Source: Paraphysomonas bandaiensis
Lineage: Eukaryota; Protista; Chrysophyceae
NCBI GenBank assembly: GCA_965644295.1
Contig: CBFFRP010000071.1
Coordinates: 1 to 64,000, forward strand
DNA: 64,000 nt
Direction: 5' to 3'
The notes below the pieces were generated by a model. That model was not told where the DNA came from. It worked only from the letters and a program-made list of their open reading frames with translations, and did no database searches. Made by a program: the position numbers and the translations under genes. Below, piece after piece: positions 1-12,761 of the stretch. Position 1 is the stretch's first letter, and each line of letters starts with the position of its first letter.

Positions 1-349
1 ACTATTCAGGGTGCTCCATGCGGTCTATGCATGTATATGTGTGGGGGTGTTCTGTATGTATATGTGTGTATCTGCTGCGGTATTATTCATATGATCATAC
101 GAGTCTCTCTCCTCATGAGGAGCACACACCACTATACACCACTATGACCACACACTGTTGATAGTCCTCACTCGTGTCTGTGAGTAGAGGCAGCAGCAGA
201 GCCTCTGAATCATGTACTCATATATGCATATACCATATCACATTCACTTCGAAGTGAGCCAGAGATATACACTCTTATACGCACACGTATACCTGTGTAT
301 TCCATATACACAGTATACAGAGAATACGTAGCTTCACAGTTGTAGCAAA

Positions 350-397
350 AGCTTCACATATGCACTCATTATATGTATGGACTGCATATGTGAAGCT
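350..397. other. Candidate recombination junction: perfect 15-bp inverted repeat AGCTTCACATATGCA / TGCATATGTGAAGCT around an 18-bp spacer CTCATTATATGTATGGAC (also at 2636-2683 and 4922-4969)
   Basis: Read directly from the sequence. The array terminates inside this spacer at 7227. Confidence 0.75.
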
Positions 398-2661
398 CCA
401 TGGGTTTTTTCCTCATCTAAAAACCCCTAGTGTGAAGCCAAAAGCTTCACATATGCCTCGAATACGGACAAATATATAGTAGATAATCATATTCAATGCA
501 TATGTGAAGCTTTAGGCTTCACACAAAAACCGGCACTTTTATATAATAAAAATACCATTTTACAGGGAAATAGCCACTTTATTTGTTGTAAAACACTGTT
601 AGAATACTCTACTATTCTCCTTGAACATGACAGCCGTTAGTGGCATATATCAATATTCGACCATAGTTACTGCAAACATGAGTGAGACATGTTCAGGCAG
701 GGAGGAAGAGTTACCTCAAAGGGGAAGAGGAAGTGGCCGTATACGCCGACAGCCGGTTGTGTCTGTTGACTCCAATGCTGATAATGTATCTGACTATAAG
801 AAGAAACGAACAATAGCAGGAGTGAAATCAGCATACAAGCAAAGGTTGGCCATATTGCAGTGTGGTGTAAAGCAGAGTACCCTGAAGCTCTAGATGATGA
901 TGAAATTTTGAAGATTCCATTCCCGAAAGACATCTGTCTTGATTACTTTGGCCATATGTAGAACTAAGCCAGGCCGTAGATGGCTACAAGAAAGACATCA
1001 ATGAACTGAAGAAGAAAGAACTCATGAAAGAAGAAGGGGTTAAAAGTCCGTTAAAAATGAATGGCTGTACGATTTTAGCGACGAAGATGATGTTAATGGT
1101 ATCATTGCAGACAGTTGGTCCTATATCTTGTTCATGTGGGAATATTTTGTACTGATGTGGAATTTGATGAGTAGATCTAATTCAGTAGCTTCCTTGATGA
1201 TTGAACTTTTGACTGGGAAGGTGACTCAATGCTTGTTCAAGACCAAGGACACAAAGCGGACAGAAGAGTCAGTGACAAAGAAGAGCATCATGCAAGACAA
1301 AAAATGTAAATGTAATGTGCAATGGTGGAAAACCTTTAACTGACAAGATGGTCAGATTATGCACTTCGTTCCAAAGGGTTGGAGATTTACAGCCAGAATA
1401 CCATTGATCCGTCTGTATGATTTATGGTTCTATGGAGATAGGGTGAGCTGAATAAGACCATATCGTCTCATAAGTCGTCGGTTTGACGTTTGACATACAG
1501 AAGAGTGATGTTATTGCTTTTATTCGAGCTAGTACAGTGCGTGATGTCATTTGTTAATACCATCGTGAGTGATAATGGGCTGCTGCCAGATGGATACAGC
1601 AACTTCAATAATGTTCCTCCACGTGCTAATGATGAAATATATTCTAGTGTGCTGGATATAATTGTGAATTTCGTACGTAGCTTGTACAATGAAATCTGCA
1701 TGTTGAATCGTGTACGGCATTGATAGTTCTTTAATTTTAAGTGTGCATATCAAAAGCTACAATTTCTTAGCTACAACAACGTCATCTTGATAAATGATAA
1801 GTAAACAACTCTACACGGTATGACACACAATGATAAAAACATATGTACATACATACGTTATCTACGACAACACCTTCATACAAACATGCACACACATCTT
1901 ATGTACGACATCACCTTAATCTTGATTAATGATATATGTAAACTTCAGTCATATTTACAGGACACAGCAGATCATTACGAAGGATAGAGTAGTAGAAGTC
2001 ATATCGTCGACAGGCTCTTCACTGGTTGGGTCGTAAGAGGCGTCCCTATACCACATACATACACTCCCACCACCCCCACAACTCATCCACACTCTCATAC
2101 TACTCATATGCTATCCTTATAGAGGAAGTCCTCATATGGATGATCACCACCAGCTCCATAAACAACATCGTCACAGTCTTCTAACGGATACATATGCTTC
2201 CACAGCACCATTAATGCAGATACACCATATAAAATAACATACTCAGAGGCGCATTAGTGGTGAACACTTCTAGTGCAGTTGTATGACTATTCAGGGTGCT
2301 CCATGCGGTCTATGCATGTATATGTGTGGGGGTGTTCTGTATGTATATGTGTGTATCTGCTGCGGTATTATTCATATGATCATACGAGTCTCTCTCCTCA
2401 TGAGGAGCACACACCACTATACACCACTATGACCACACACTGTTGATAGTCCTCACTCGTGTCTGTGAGTAGAGGCAGCAGCAGAGCCTCTGAATCATGT
2501 ACTCATATATGCATATACCATATCACATTCACTTCGAAGTGAGCCAGAGATATACACTCTTATACGCACACGTATACCTGTGTATTCCATATACACAGTA
2601 TACAGAGAATACGTAGCTTCACAGTTGTAGCAAAAAGCTTCACATATGCACTCATTATATG
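376..2661 (+). mobile_element. Non-autonomous, decayed CryptonS-like tyrosine-recombinase transposon (unit of the array)
   Basis: Across frameshifts and stops it translates as AYKQRLAIL..WCKAEYPEALDDDEILKIPFPKDICLDYFGH, then YFVLMWNLMSRSNSVASL..FDWEGDSMLV (YR first catalytic Arg region), then TFN*QDGQIMHFVPKGWRF..LYDLWFYGD..*IRPY. These resemble stramenopile Crypton proteins as I recall them. The ends carry 15-bp inverted repeats. Confidence 0.75.
678..1800 (+). pseudogene. Tyrosine recombinase pseudogene with frameshifts, in-frame stops and internal deletion of the H-x-x-R/Y half; repeated at +2286 and +4572; 3' end approximate
   Basis: Begins MSETCSG at 678, frameshifts near 860, has TGA where W/G is expected (TFN*Q, VS*IRPY), and jumps from DSMLV straight to the C-terminal domain. 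Confidence 0.7.
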
Positions 2662-5600
2662 TATGGACTGCATATGTGAAGCTCCATGGGTTTTTTCCTC
2701 ATCTAAAAACCCCTAGTGTGAAGCCAAAAGCTTCACATATGCCTCGAATACGGACAAATATATAGTAGATAATCATATTCAATGCATATGTGAAGCTTTA
2801 GGCTTCACACAAAAACCGGCACTTTTATATAATAAAAATACCATTTTACAGGGAAATAGCCACTTTATTTGTTGTAAAACACTGTTAGAATACTCTACTA
2901 TTCTCCTTGAACATGACAGCCGTTAGTGGCATATATCAATATTCGACCATAGTTACTGCAAACATGAGTGAGACATGTTCAGGCAGGGAGGAAGAGTTAC
3001 CTCAAAGGGGAAGAGGAAGTGGCCGTATACGCCGACAGCCGGTTGTGTCTGTTGACTCCAATGCTGATAATGTATCTGACTATAAGAAGAAACGAACAAT
3101 AGCAGGAGTGAAATCAGCATACAAGCAAAGGTTGGCCATATTGCAGTGTGGTGTAAAGCAGAGTACCCTGAAGCTCTAGATGATGATGAAATTTTGAAGA
3201 TTCCATTCCCGAAAGACATCTGTCTTGATTACTTTGGCCATATGTAGAACTAAGCCAGGCCGTAGATGGCTACAAGAAAGACATCAATGAACTGAAGAAG
3301 AAAGAACTCATGAAAGAAGAAGGGGTTAAAAGTCCGTTAAAAATGAATGGCTGTACGATTTTAGCGACGAAGATGATGTTAATGGTATCATTGCAGACAG
3401 TTGGTCCTATATCTTGTTCATGTGGGAATATTTTGTACTGATGTGGAATTTGATGAGTAGATCTAATTCAGTAGCTTCCTTGATGATTGAACTTTTGACT
3501 GGGAAGGTGACTCAATGCTTGTTCAAGACCAAGGACACAAAGCGGACAGAAGAGTCAGTGACAAAGAAGAGCATCATGCAAGACAAAAAATGTAAATGTA
3601 ATGTGCAATGGTGGAAAACCTTTAACTGACAAGATGGTCAGATTATGCACTTCGTTCCAAAGGGTTGGAGATTTACAGCCAGAATACCATTGATCCGTCT
3701 GTATGATTTATGGTTCTATGGAGATAGGGTGAGCTGAATAAGACCATATCGTCTCATAAGTCGTCGGTTTGACGTTTGACATACAGAAGAGTGATGTTAT
3801 TGCTTTTATTCGAGCTAGTACAGTGCGTGATGTCATTTGTTAATACCATCGTGAGTGATAATGGGCTGCTGCCAGATGGATACAGCAACTTCAATAATGT
3901 TCCTCCACGTGCTAATGATGAAATATATTCTAGTGTGCTGGATATAATTGTGAATTTCGTACGTAGCTTGTACAATGAAATCTGCATGTTGAATCGTGTA
4001 CGGCATTGATAGTTCTTTAATTTTAAGTGTGCATATCAAAAGCTACAATTTCTTAGCTACAACAACGTCATCTTGATAAATGATAAGTAAACAACTCTAC
4101 ACGGTATGACACACAATGATAAAAACATATGTACATACATACGTTATCTACGACAACACCTTCATACAAACATGCACACACATCTTATGTACGACATCAC
4201 CTTAATCTTGATTAATGATATATGTAAACTTCAGTCATATTTACAGGACACAGCAGATCATTACGAAGGATAGAGTAGTAGAAGTCATATCGTCGACAGG
4301 CTCTTCACTGGTTGGGTCGTAAGAGGCGTCCCTATACCACATACATACACTCCCACCACCCCCACAACTCATCCACACTCTCATACTACTCATATGCTAT
4401 CCTTATAGAGGAAGTCCTCATATGGATGATCACCACCAGCTCCATAAACAACATCGTCACAGTCTTCTAACGGATACATATGCTTCCACAGCACCATTAA
4501 TGCAGATACACCATATAAAATAACATACTCAGAGGCGCATTAGTGGTGAACACTTCTAGTGCAGTTGTATGACTATTCAGGGTGCTCCATGCGGTCTATG
4601 CATGTATATGTGTGGGGGTGTTCTGTATGTATATGTGTGTATCTGCTGCGGTATTATTCATATGATCATACGAGTCTCTCTCCTCATGAGGAGCACACAC
4701 CACTATACACCACTATGACCACACACTGTTGATAGTCCTCACTCGTGTCTGTGAGTAGAGGCAGCAGCAGAGCCTCTGAATCATGTACTCATATATGCAT
4801 ATACCATATCACATTCACTTCGAAGTGAGCCAGAGATATACACTCTTATACGCACACGTATACCTGTGTATTCCATATACACAGTATACAGAGAATACGT
4901 AGCTTCACAGTTGTAGCAAAAAGCTTCACATATGCACTCATTATATGTATGGACTGCATATGTGAAGCTCCATGGGTTTTTTCCTCATCTAAAAACCCCT
5001 AGTGTGAAGCCAAAAGCTTCACATATGCCTCGAATACGGACAAATATATAGTAGATAATCATATTCAATGCATATGTGAAGCTTTAGGCTTCACACAAAA
5101 ACCGGCACTTTTATATAATAAAAATACCATTTTACAGGGAAATAGCCACTTTATTTGTTGTAAAACACTGTTAGAATACTCTACTATTCTCCTTGAACAT
5201 GACAGCCGTTAGTGGCATATATCAATATTCGACCATAGTTACTGCAAACATGAGTGAGACATGTTCAGGCAGGGAGGAAGAGTTACCTCAAAGGGGAAGA
5301 GGAAGTGGCCGTATACGCCGACAGCCGGTTGTGTCTGTTGACTCCAATGCTGATAATGTATCTGACTATAAGAAGAAACGAACAATAGCAGGAGTGAAAT
5401 CAGCATACAAGCAAAGGTTGGCCATATTGCAGTGTGGTGTAAAGCAGAGTACCCTGAAGCTCTAGATGATGATGAAATTTTGAAGATTCCATTCCCGAAA
5501 GACATCTGTCTTGATTACTTTGGCCATATGTAGAACTAAGCCAGGCCGTAGATGGCTACAAGAAAGACATCAATGAACTGAAGAAGAAAGAACTCATGAA

Positions 5601-7225
5601 AGAAGAAGGGGTTAAAAGTCCGTTAAAAATGAATGGCTGTACGATTTTAGCGACGAAGATGATGTTAATGGTATCATTGCAGACAGTTGGTCCTATATCT
5701 TGTTCATGTGGGAATATTTTGTACTGATGTGGAATTTGATGAGTAGATCTAATTCAGTAGCTTCCTTGATGATTGAACTTTTGACTGGGAAGGTGACTCA
5801 ATGCTTGTTCAAGACCAAGGACACAAAGCGGACAGAAGAGTCAGTGACAAAGAAGAGCATCATGCAAGACAAAAAATGTAAATGTAATGTGCAATGGTGG
5901 AAAACCTTTAACTGACAAGATGGTCAGATTATGCACTTCGTTCCAAAGGGTTGGAGATTTACAGCCAGAATACCATTGATCCGTCTGTATGATTTATGGT
6001 TCTATGGAGATAGGGTGAGCTGAATAAGACCATATCGTCTCATAAGTCGTCGGTTTGACGTTTGACATACAGAAGAGTGATGTTATTGCTTTTATTCGAG
6101 CTAGTACAGTGCGTGATGTCATTTGTTAATACCATCGTGAGTGATAATGGGCTGCTGCCAGATGGATACAGCAACTTCAATAATGTTCCTCCACGTGCTA
6201 ATGATGAAATATATTCTAGTGTGCTGGATATAATTGTGAATTTCGTACGTAGCTTGTACAATGAAATCTGCATGTTGAATCGTGTACGGCATTGATAGTT
6301 CTTTAATTTTAAGTGTGCATATCAAAAGCTACAATTTCTTAGCTACAACAACGTCATCTTGATAAATGATAAGTAAACAACTCTACACGGTATGACACAC
6401 AATGATAAAAACATATGTACATACATACGTTATCTACGACAACACCTTCATACAAACATGCACACACATCTTATGTACGACATCACCTTAATCTTGATTA
6501 ATGATATATGTAAACTTCAGTCATATTTACAGGACACAGCAGATCATTACGAAGGATAGAGTAGTAGAAGTCATATCGTCGACAGGCTCTTCACTGGTTG
6601 GGTCGTAAGAGGCGTCCCTATACCACATACATACACTCCCACCACCCCCACAACTCATCCACACTCTCATACTACTCATATGCTATCCTTATAGAGGAAG
6701 TCCTCATATGGATGATCACCACCAGCTCCATAAACAACATCGTCACAGTCTTCTAACGGATACATATGCTTCCACAGCACCATTAATGCAGATACACCAT
6801 ATAAAATAACATACTCAGAGGCGCATTAGTGGTGAACACTTCTAGTGCAGTTGTATGACTATTCAGGGTGCTCCATGCGGTCTATGCATGTATATGTGTG
6901 GGGGTGTTCTGTATGTATATGTGTGTATCTGCTGCGGTATTATTCATATGATCATACGAGTCTCTCTCCTCATGAGGAGCACACACCACTATACACCACT
7001 ATGACCACACACTGTTGATAGTCCTCACTCGTGTCTGTGAGTAGAGGCAGCAGCAGAGCCTCTGAATCATGTACTCATATATGCATATACCATATCACAT
7101 TCACTTCGAAGTGAGCCAGAGATATACACTCTTATACGCACACGTATACCTGTGTATTCCATATACACAGTATACAGAGAATACGTAGCTTCACAGTTGT
7201 AGCAAAAAGCTTCACATATGCACTC

Positions 7226-7595
7226 ATGTATGTATGTATGTATGTATGTATGTATGTATGTATGTATGTATGTATGTATGTATGTATGTATGTATGTATG
7301 TATGTATGTATGTATGTATGTATGTATGTATGTATGTATGTATGTATGTATGTATGTATGTATGTATGTATGTATGTATGTATGTATGTATGTATGTATG
7401 TATGTATGTATGTATGTATGTATGTATGTATGTATGTATGTATGTATGTATGTATGTATGTATGTATGTATGTATGTATGTATGTATGTATGTATGTATG
7501 TATGTATGTATGTATGTATGTATGTATGTATGTATGTATGTATGTATGTATGTATGTATGTATGTATGTATGTATGTATGTATGTATGTATGTAT
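7226..7595. repeat. (ATGT)n microsatellite, about 92 perfect units
   Basis: Read directly from the sequence. Confidence 0.99.
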
Positions 7596-7721
7596 TCTAG
7601 AATTCAGTGTATGGTTGTATCTAGGGGTGTGCTGTGTGTGTGTATATTCATACAGGGTTAATCGTATAGTGTGGATCCATATACTCATCCTCATATATAG
7701 TTATCATATCTACCATAAGTC

Positions 7722-10700
7722 ATGATAACAAGTACATCAGATATGAAAGAGCCTCTAATGGTTAATGATATCATAGCCGAGGTGGAGGGCGATCATGAGA
7801 TGACAGAGAGCTTCAGCAGCCCCGCAGACACACACGAGACCTTCCCAAAGCTACTAGAGGAGCATAAGTCACAGCTAGATAAGGCTGCAGAGTATGGTAT
7901 GGACTGGACTGTATTAGCCGTATATCTTTCATATGACTATACATACATACATAACACACGCATGTATATACATACATTGCCATATATAACACACATGTAT
8001 GTGCAGATTACTGTATGGTGTTTCCTGTTGACAAAGAAACACGTGGTCTAACTCGAGATGCCACTCGTTTCTTGAACAAGATGCGTGCAGCAGGACTGGA
8101 TTTGTTTCTCTTTTACAGTATTCGGAAGAATTATATATTTGCAATGATTCGATTGAGTCTCGAGCGACTGCGCATTCTCGCTGATAAACTAGAATTTAAA
8201 ATGCTTCTTGATGAATACAAACTACATGAAGCGGCTTCTGCTGGTAATGAAGAGCTTGGAATTGGTCCGATTGATATTTCACATGAACCGGAGGAAAGTT
8301 ACTTGAAGCCCTACGAGTTAATATACGGGAAGTACAGAGATGAAATCGATGAAAATTTGTACTGGAGACCAGAAGGCCTCAAACATCCATTCCGGTAAAC
8401 TATCTGCAGTGTATCATATATTTGCGAGTGCACTGTATTCGAAATTGACTTCTAAGGATGTAGTCTAGGTAGCCATATGTATTGGTTGCCTTTGTACTGT
8501 ACCTGAGCCATGAAGAAAATACAGTGAACTGACTATTTGACAGGGAGTCCGTGCGTCTTAAACTAACGCAAATCCTTATTGAGGCCAAACCTGAAAATGG
8601 TTCCAATCCAATTAAAGTCCGGTGTGTACTGTTAATCCATACGTGTTAGTTCTCCAACATTGTGACTTGAAACCTACTGTAGTCATCAAATGCTAAAGGG
8701 ACGCATAGCTGGATTTTTTCCTTTACACAACATACCGAAATTAGAAGCCGTGAAAGAGAAATGGTTGCAGCCTCGAAGCCTCCCTTGGGAGCAGCCTTTG
8801 TTCGATATAAAGGTGGTAGCCATGACTATATTTAATTGTGCAATGTGTGGCCTGTAATGTATGCGCATTGGTAATAATTGTTAGAGTTTATATCGCATAC
8901 TGAATTAGCATTCAACATGCATGACATCTATATGCAGGAATATTTCGGTGAAAAAGTGGGGCTGTATTTCAAGTTTATGGGCCACTTCAACTTGTGGTTG
9001 ACTGTTCCTGCAGCGATCGGTATTCCTCTACAGATCTATATTTTGGCTATTAATGACTTCAGTAACCCGACCCAGGTACTGCTATTAGCTTACTAACCGT
9101 GGTAGTATTTGCACATGTGTTGAGCTAGACGATTCATAACTGTATATGGCTACGATTTTGTCTGTTTGTTTACGCTGCTTTTACACAGATAGCGTTTGCG
9201 GTGTTTATCGTCATATGGGCAATCATTATGCTTGAGTTTTGGAAAAGGAAAGAAAAACTTACTGCTCTGGAATGGGGAATGATTGGATTCGAAGATGAAG
9301 AAGTCAACAGGCCTGGTATGTATCTGTATACACTTTATGAGGGCGATATATGTTCAGTATAATTGTTTCTTAGCAAATTGATTGCCATACGATTTCATGT
9401 AGTACTATGTGGAGACGCTATTGTGAAATTCTTGTTCGCCTGTTTACTCTATCATAACATATTTTTTGTGGTACTAACTGCGTATCGCGATATTAGAGTT
9501 CAAAGGGGATACCATCAAGTCATTCGTGGATGGCAAGGAAATAATGCACTTTCCCCAGAAGAAGCGGAACTCACTCATTATCGAAAGCTGCGTCGTGATT
9601 GGTGTTCTAATTGCTGTTGTAATTGGGGCGGTAAGATCTGTGTGAACATTGTCTCAATCGTACTGTATACCGAGTATTCATACACCAAAAATACGCTTAC
9701 AATGCATGCCAAATGGACTTAGTAGCAATATTTCCAACTTAATGGTGTTTATAACTTTTTATGAATGAAACATAACATGCCACAGGTCGTTAGCATTTAC
9801 ATTATGCGACGAGCACTATCCAAGCCACTTGGATCTAATGCCCAAACAGTTGCATCGATTGCAAACTCAGTACAAATTAGTATTTTTAATGCGATATACT
9901 CTCTTGTGGCGGACTGGCTTACTACCCGAGAGAACCACCGCACGGACACAGAATTTGAAGATAGCATGATATCCAAACTGTTTCTGTTCCAGGTCAGTAC
10001 TACTACTTTACGATCGAAAGTTATTTTATCACGATTACTTGTTTTGTCGATATCATCAAACTAACTTGATATCACAGTTTGTGAATTCATACGCTTCCTT
10101 CTTTTACATTGCCTTCATCGCGCCGTATCAGCCACCGTCCCCTGATGCTCAGGATAACTGGAAGGGGGATTGCGGTGCTGTGAACTGCATGAAACCTCTT
10201 GCTGTCAATCTCGCCATCATATTCGGTACGCGGTTAACTACGAAGATGTCGTTGTCGACACTGTTCAATAAACCATATGCATGATTTATTCTTGTGTGGT
10301 GATTGAGATACTCATAGAACTCACTTTTAATTTGAACAGGCATACGATTGACTGTGGGAAACATTACAGAGCTTGCGATTCCTTATATTCTCTTTCTTAG
10401 GTAGCTGTTCGTGATTATGTTTGATAGTATACGTCTTGTGCGGTGTAGTTTTGTACACATTTTCATAGATATGGTTGAAAGTATACGGTTTGGTTATATC
10501 TCACTCGTCTCATTGTATACAGGAAGTATGCCCAAGAGATGGCGTTTGCTGACGGCGAGCTGCTGCGACCAGAAAGGGAGTTTATGCTATCCCGGGTGCG
10601 CAACATTGCATGTCACTTCACTTTTCATACTTCTGTGTCAATTATGTAACGTTTCAGCTTTTGACATTGTGTTTATTATATATATTCAGTATAATATTAT

Positions 10701-11578
10701 GAAGTCGAGTCTCAATGACTATGCGGAAATTGCAATTAATTTCGGGTTCATTGCTTTGTTCGTGACTGCACTGCCAATTGCCGCCCTGGCTGGCTTTGTC
10801 TCCAGTTGGCTGGAGATCAAGGCAGACGCCTGGAAACTGATGTTGATATATCAGCGCCCAATTCCAGCTGGTGCAGAGGACATCGGGATGTGGTACGTGT
10901 ATCACAGATGCGTGTTGTGTATTCTAGAATTTTAGGGGGATAGCGTCTGTTGCGCACATCTGTACTCTTCTTACATTTGTACCCTTTTGTTACATATTTT
11001 GCAGGCAGGAGATATTTACCATAATATCTGTATGTGCATGCGTCACCAATGCTGCATTGTCTGTATTTACCATGGATGTGCTCAACGACTACTCGGACAT
11101 CACACGTATGTGGTTCTTTGTAGTGTTCCAGTGGGCATGTTTTGCCATTCAGGTGGGGATATGATTTCAATGTAGTACTTGTCACTATTGACTTCTCTTA
11201 AGATGTGTGCGATGGCTATTGTTCCTGATGAGCCCGCTGAAGTAGCCATACAAAATGCTAGACGGTATGGAAATTTTCTCACGCATTATTTGTACACATT
11301 GGGTACTATGACTTTTTCTAATCGTTATGTAGACTATGTCTTTTTGTTGTTCATGATACATATGTTGCCGTTGATACGAAATGACACTCTTTATACGTCA
11401 CAGGGAGTTTTTGGTGAACAAGGTTGTGATGCAAATTGCTGATGAGCAACTTGGTGGAGGAGAGGCTGAAACTTCTCCCCGTGAGGAATTGGGGCAGTAC
11501 ATATTGCATGAATATACAAAGAATGCTGACGAAGTCAGGGCCGAATTTACCCCAGTACAGGACAAGAAGGATGCATAG
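7722..11578 (+). CDS. Anoctamin/TMEM16 family Ca-activated chloride channel or scramblase, multi-exon
   Basis: Motifs EYFGEKVGLYF, ENHRTDTEFEDSMISKLFLFQFVNSYASFFYIAF, DYAEIAINFGFIALFVTALP, YQRPIPAGAEDIGMW. First intron 7897-8006 is GT-AG. Ends KKDA*. Confidence 0.93.
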
Positions 11579-12761
11579 TGTGCAATGAGTGACCTCAAAT
11601 GAATTCAGTGTAATGTGCGCAATCATGAATGTATTTCAGTAGGACCCGTATTGACACGTTGGTGCCATTTTTGTATTTTGGTTACGATACTCGTGGTGCT
11701 AGAATTGTGCCTAGCGGAGCATCATACATTTTAATATTGGTACCATAGAATGAATATAATTATTTTTGACGTGTTACTTTTTGCGCTTAGGAGAGCTAGT
11801 TAGTTTCAAATCATGCTTAAGTGTGCATTGATTCCAGAAATATATATTTATTTAGGTTTTAGTTGAAGCGATTATGCTCGAGTATAGAGAAAATGCTCGC
11901 TGATCGCTGACTACGATAATATCTTCTGCTCAGCACAGAAAACTTATTATCGCAGTGTTGCACAACAGTATGCATCATGCGTACTTATACGATGCTGATT
12001 CTGAAGAGGCTTATCGACATTTGTGGTCGTATGTATGCATATTTCAATGAATTTTAAACTAAGGTGATGGCGATGAGATCATCGATAGCTCAGAGGGTGC
12101 GTATCTAAGCGGTTGGCAGTATTTGTTTGGCAGTTTTGTTATCATCTGATCTTAATTACTTATTTACAAGTACTTGCTGTGCTGGTGTGCAATGTACGCC
12201 TGTAGCCAGATGTTGAGTAAATATACTAACGTATTGCAATATAATTCTGGAATCAGTTAGAACAGTACTGCCATCTGCCATATTATTGATGGGACACTTC
12301 TTTATAACTTTTTAATACTATTGAAATAGATTGTTTCCCAGCCTGATGCGTACATTAACAAATGTAAATTAAGTGTTTGTGTGGCCAAAGGCAAAGATAG
12401 TACTTGTAACAGTACTTATTTGACTACTTGCTGCTTGCCTTGTATAGGTGCAGAGCAGAAAAACGTATCTGTCAATACACACTCGAGTATATCACAGATT
12501 AGGAACATGTGATAATTTCTTTTGAATATTGTCCTCCACTCAAAAGTCGTAAAACTCAAATTTCAGATCATAACTGAAGTACTAGACACTAAATTACTAA
12601 ATTAACCGTAGCAAACAAGAATCCGATTCAGTAACAATACAGAGAAATACTGAGCAGCCAGGTGGTGTCTCAGCGCTACACGAAAATAATGTACAAATCC
12701 GTCTCCAGCAGATAACAATACTACATAATATTGAATACACAATAACTTCAACATATTACGT

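Larger units (their letters stand above)
1..7227 (+). repeat. Tandem array of a 2286-bp unit: three complete units (about 376-2661, 2662-4947, 4948-7227) plus the 3' end of a fourth at 1-375 that runs off the window
   Basis: The ORF track repeats with an exact 2286 period (621/2907/5193). The only difference seen by eye is a 4-A versus 5-A homopolymer near 347. Confidence 0.98.

Noticed and set aside
1341-1493. In-frame TGA at expected Trp/Gly positions, suggesting a variant genetic code
   Set aside because: Host genes use TGG for Trp with no internal TGA, and some end in TGA. The region also has frameshifts, so this is pseudogene decay.
1-7227. CRISPR array or rDNA/5S repeat
   Set aside because: There is no repeat-spacer structure and no recognisable rRNA or tRNA sequence in the unit.
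7218-7725. Long MYVC/HTYI ORFs
   Set aside because: These are translations of the (ATGT)n microsatellite, which lacks stops.
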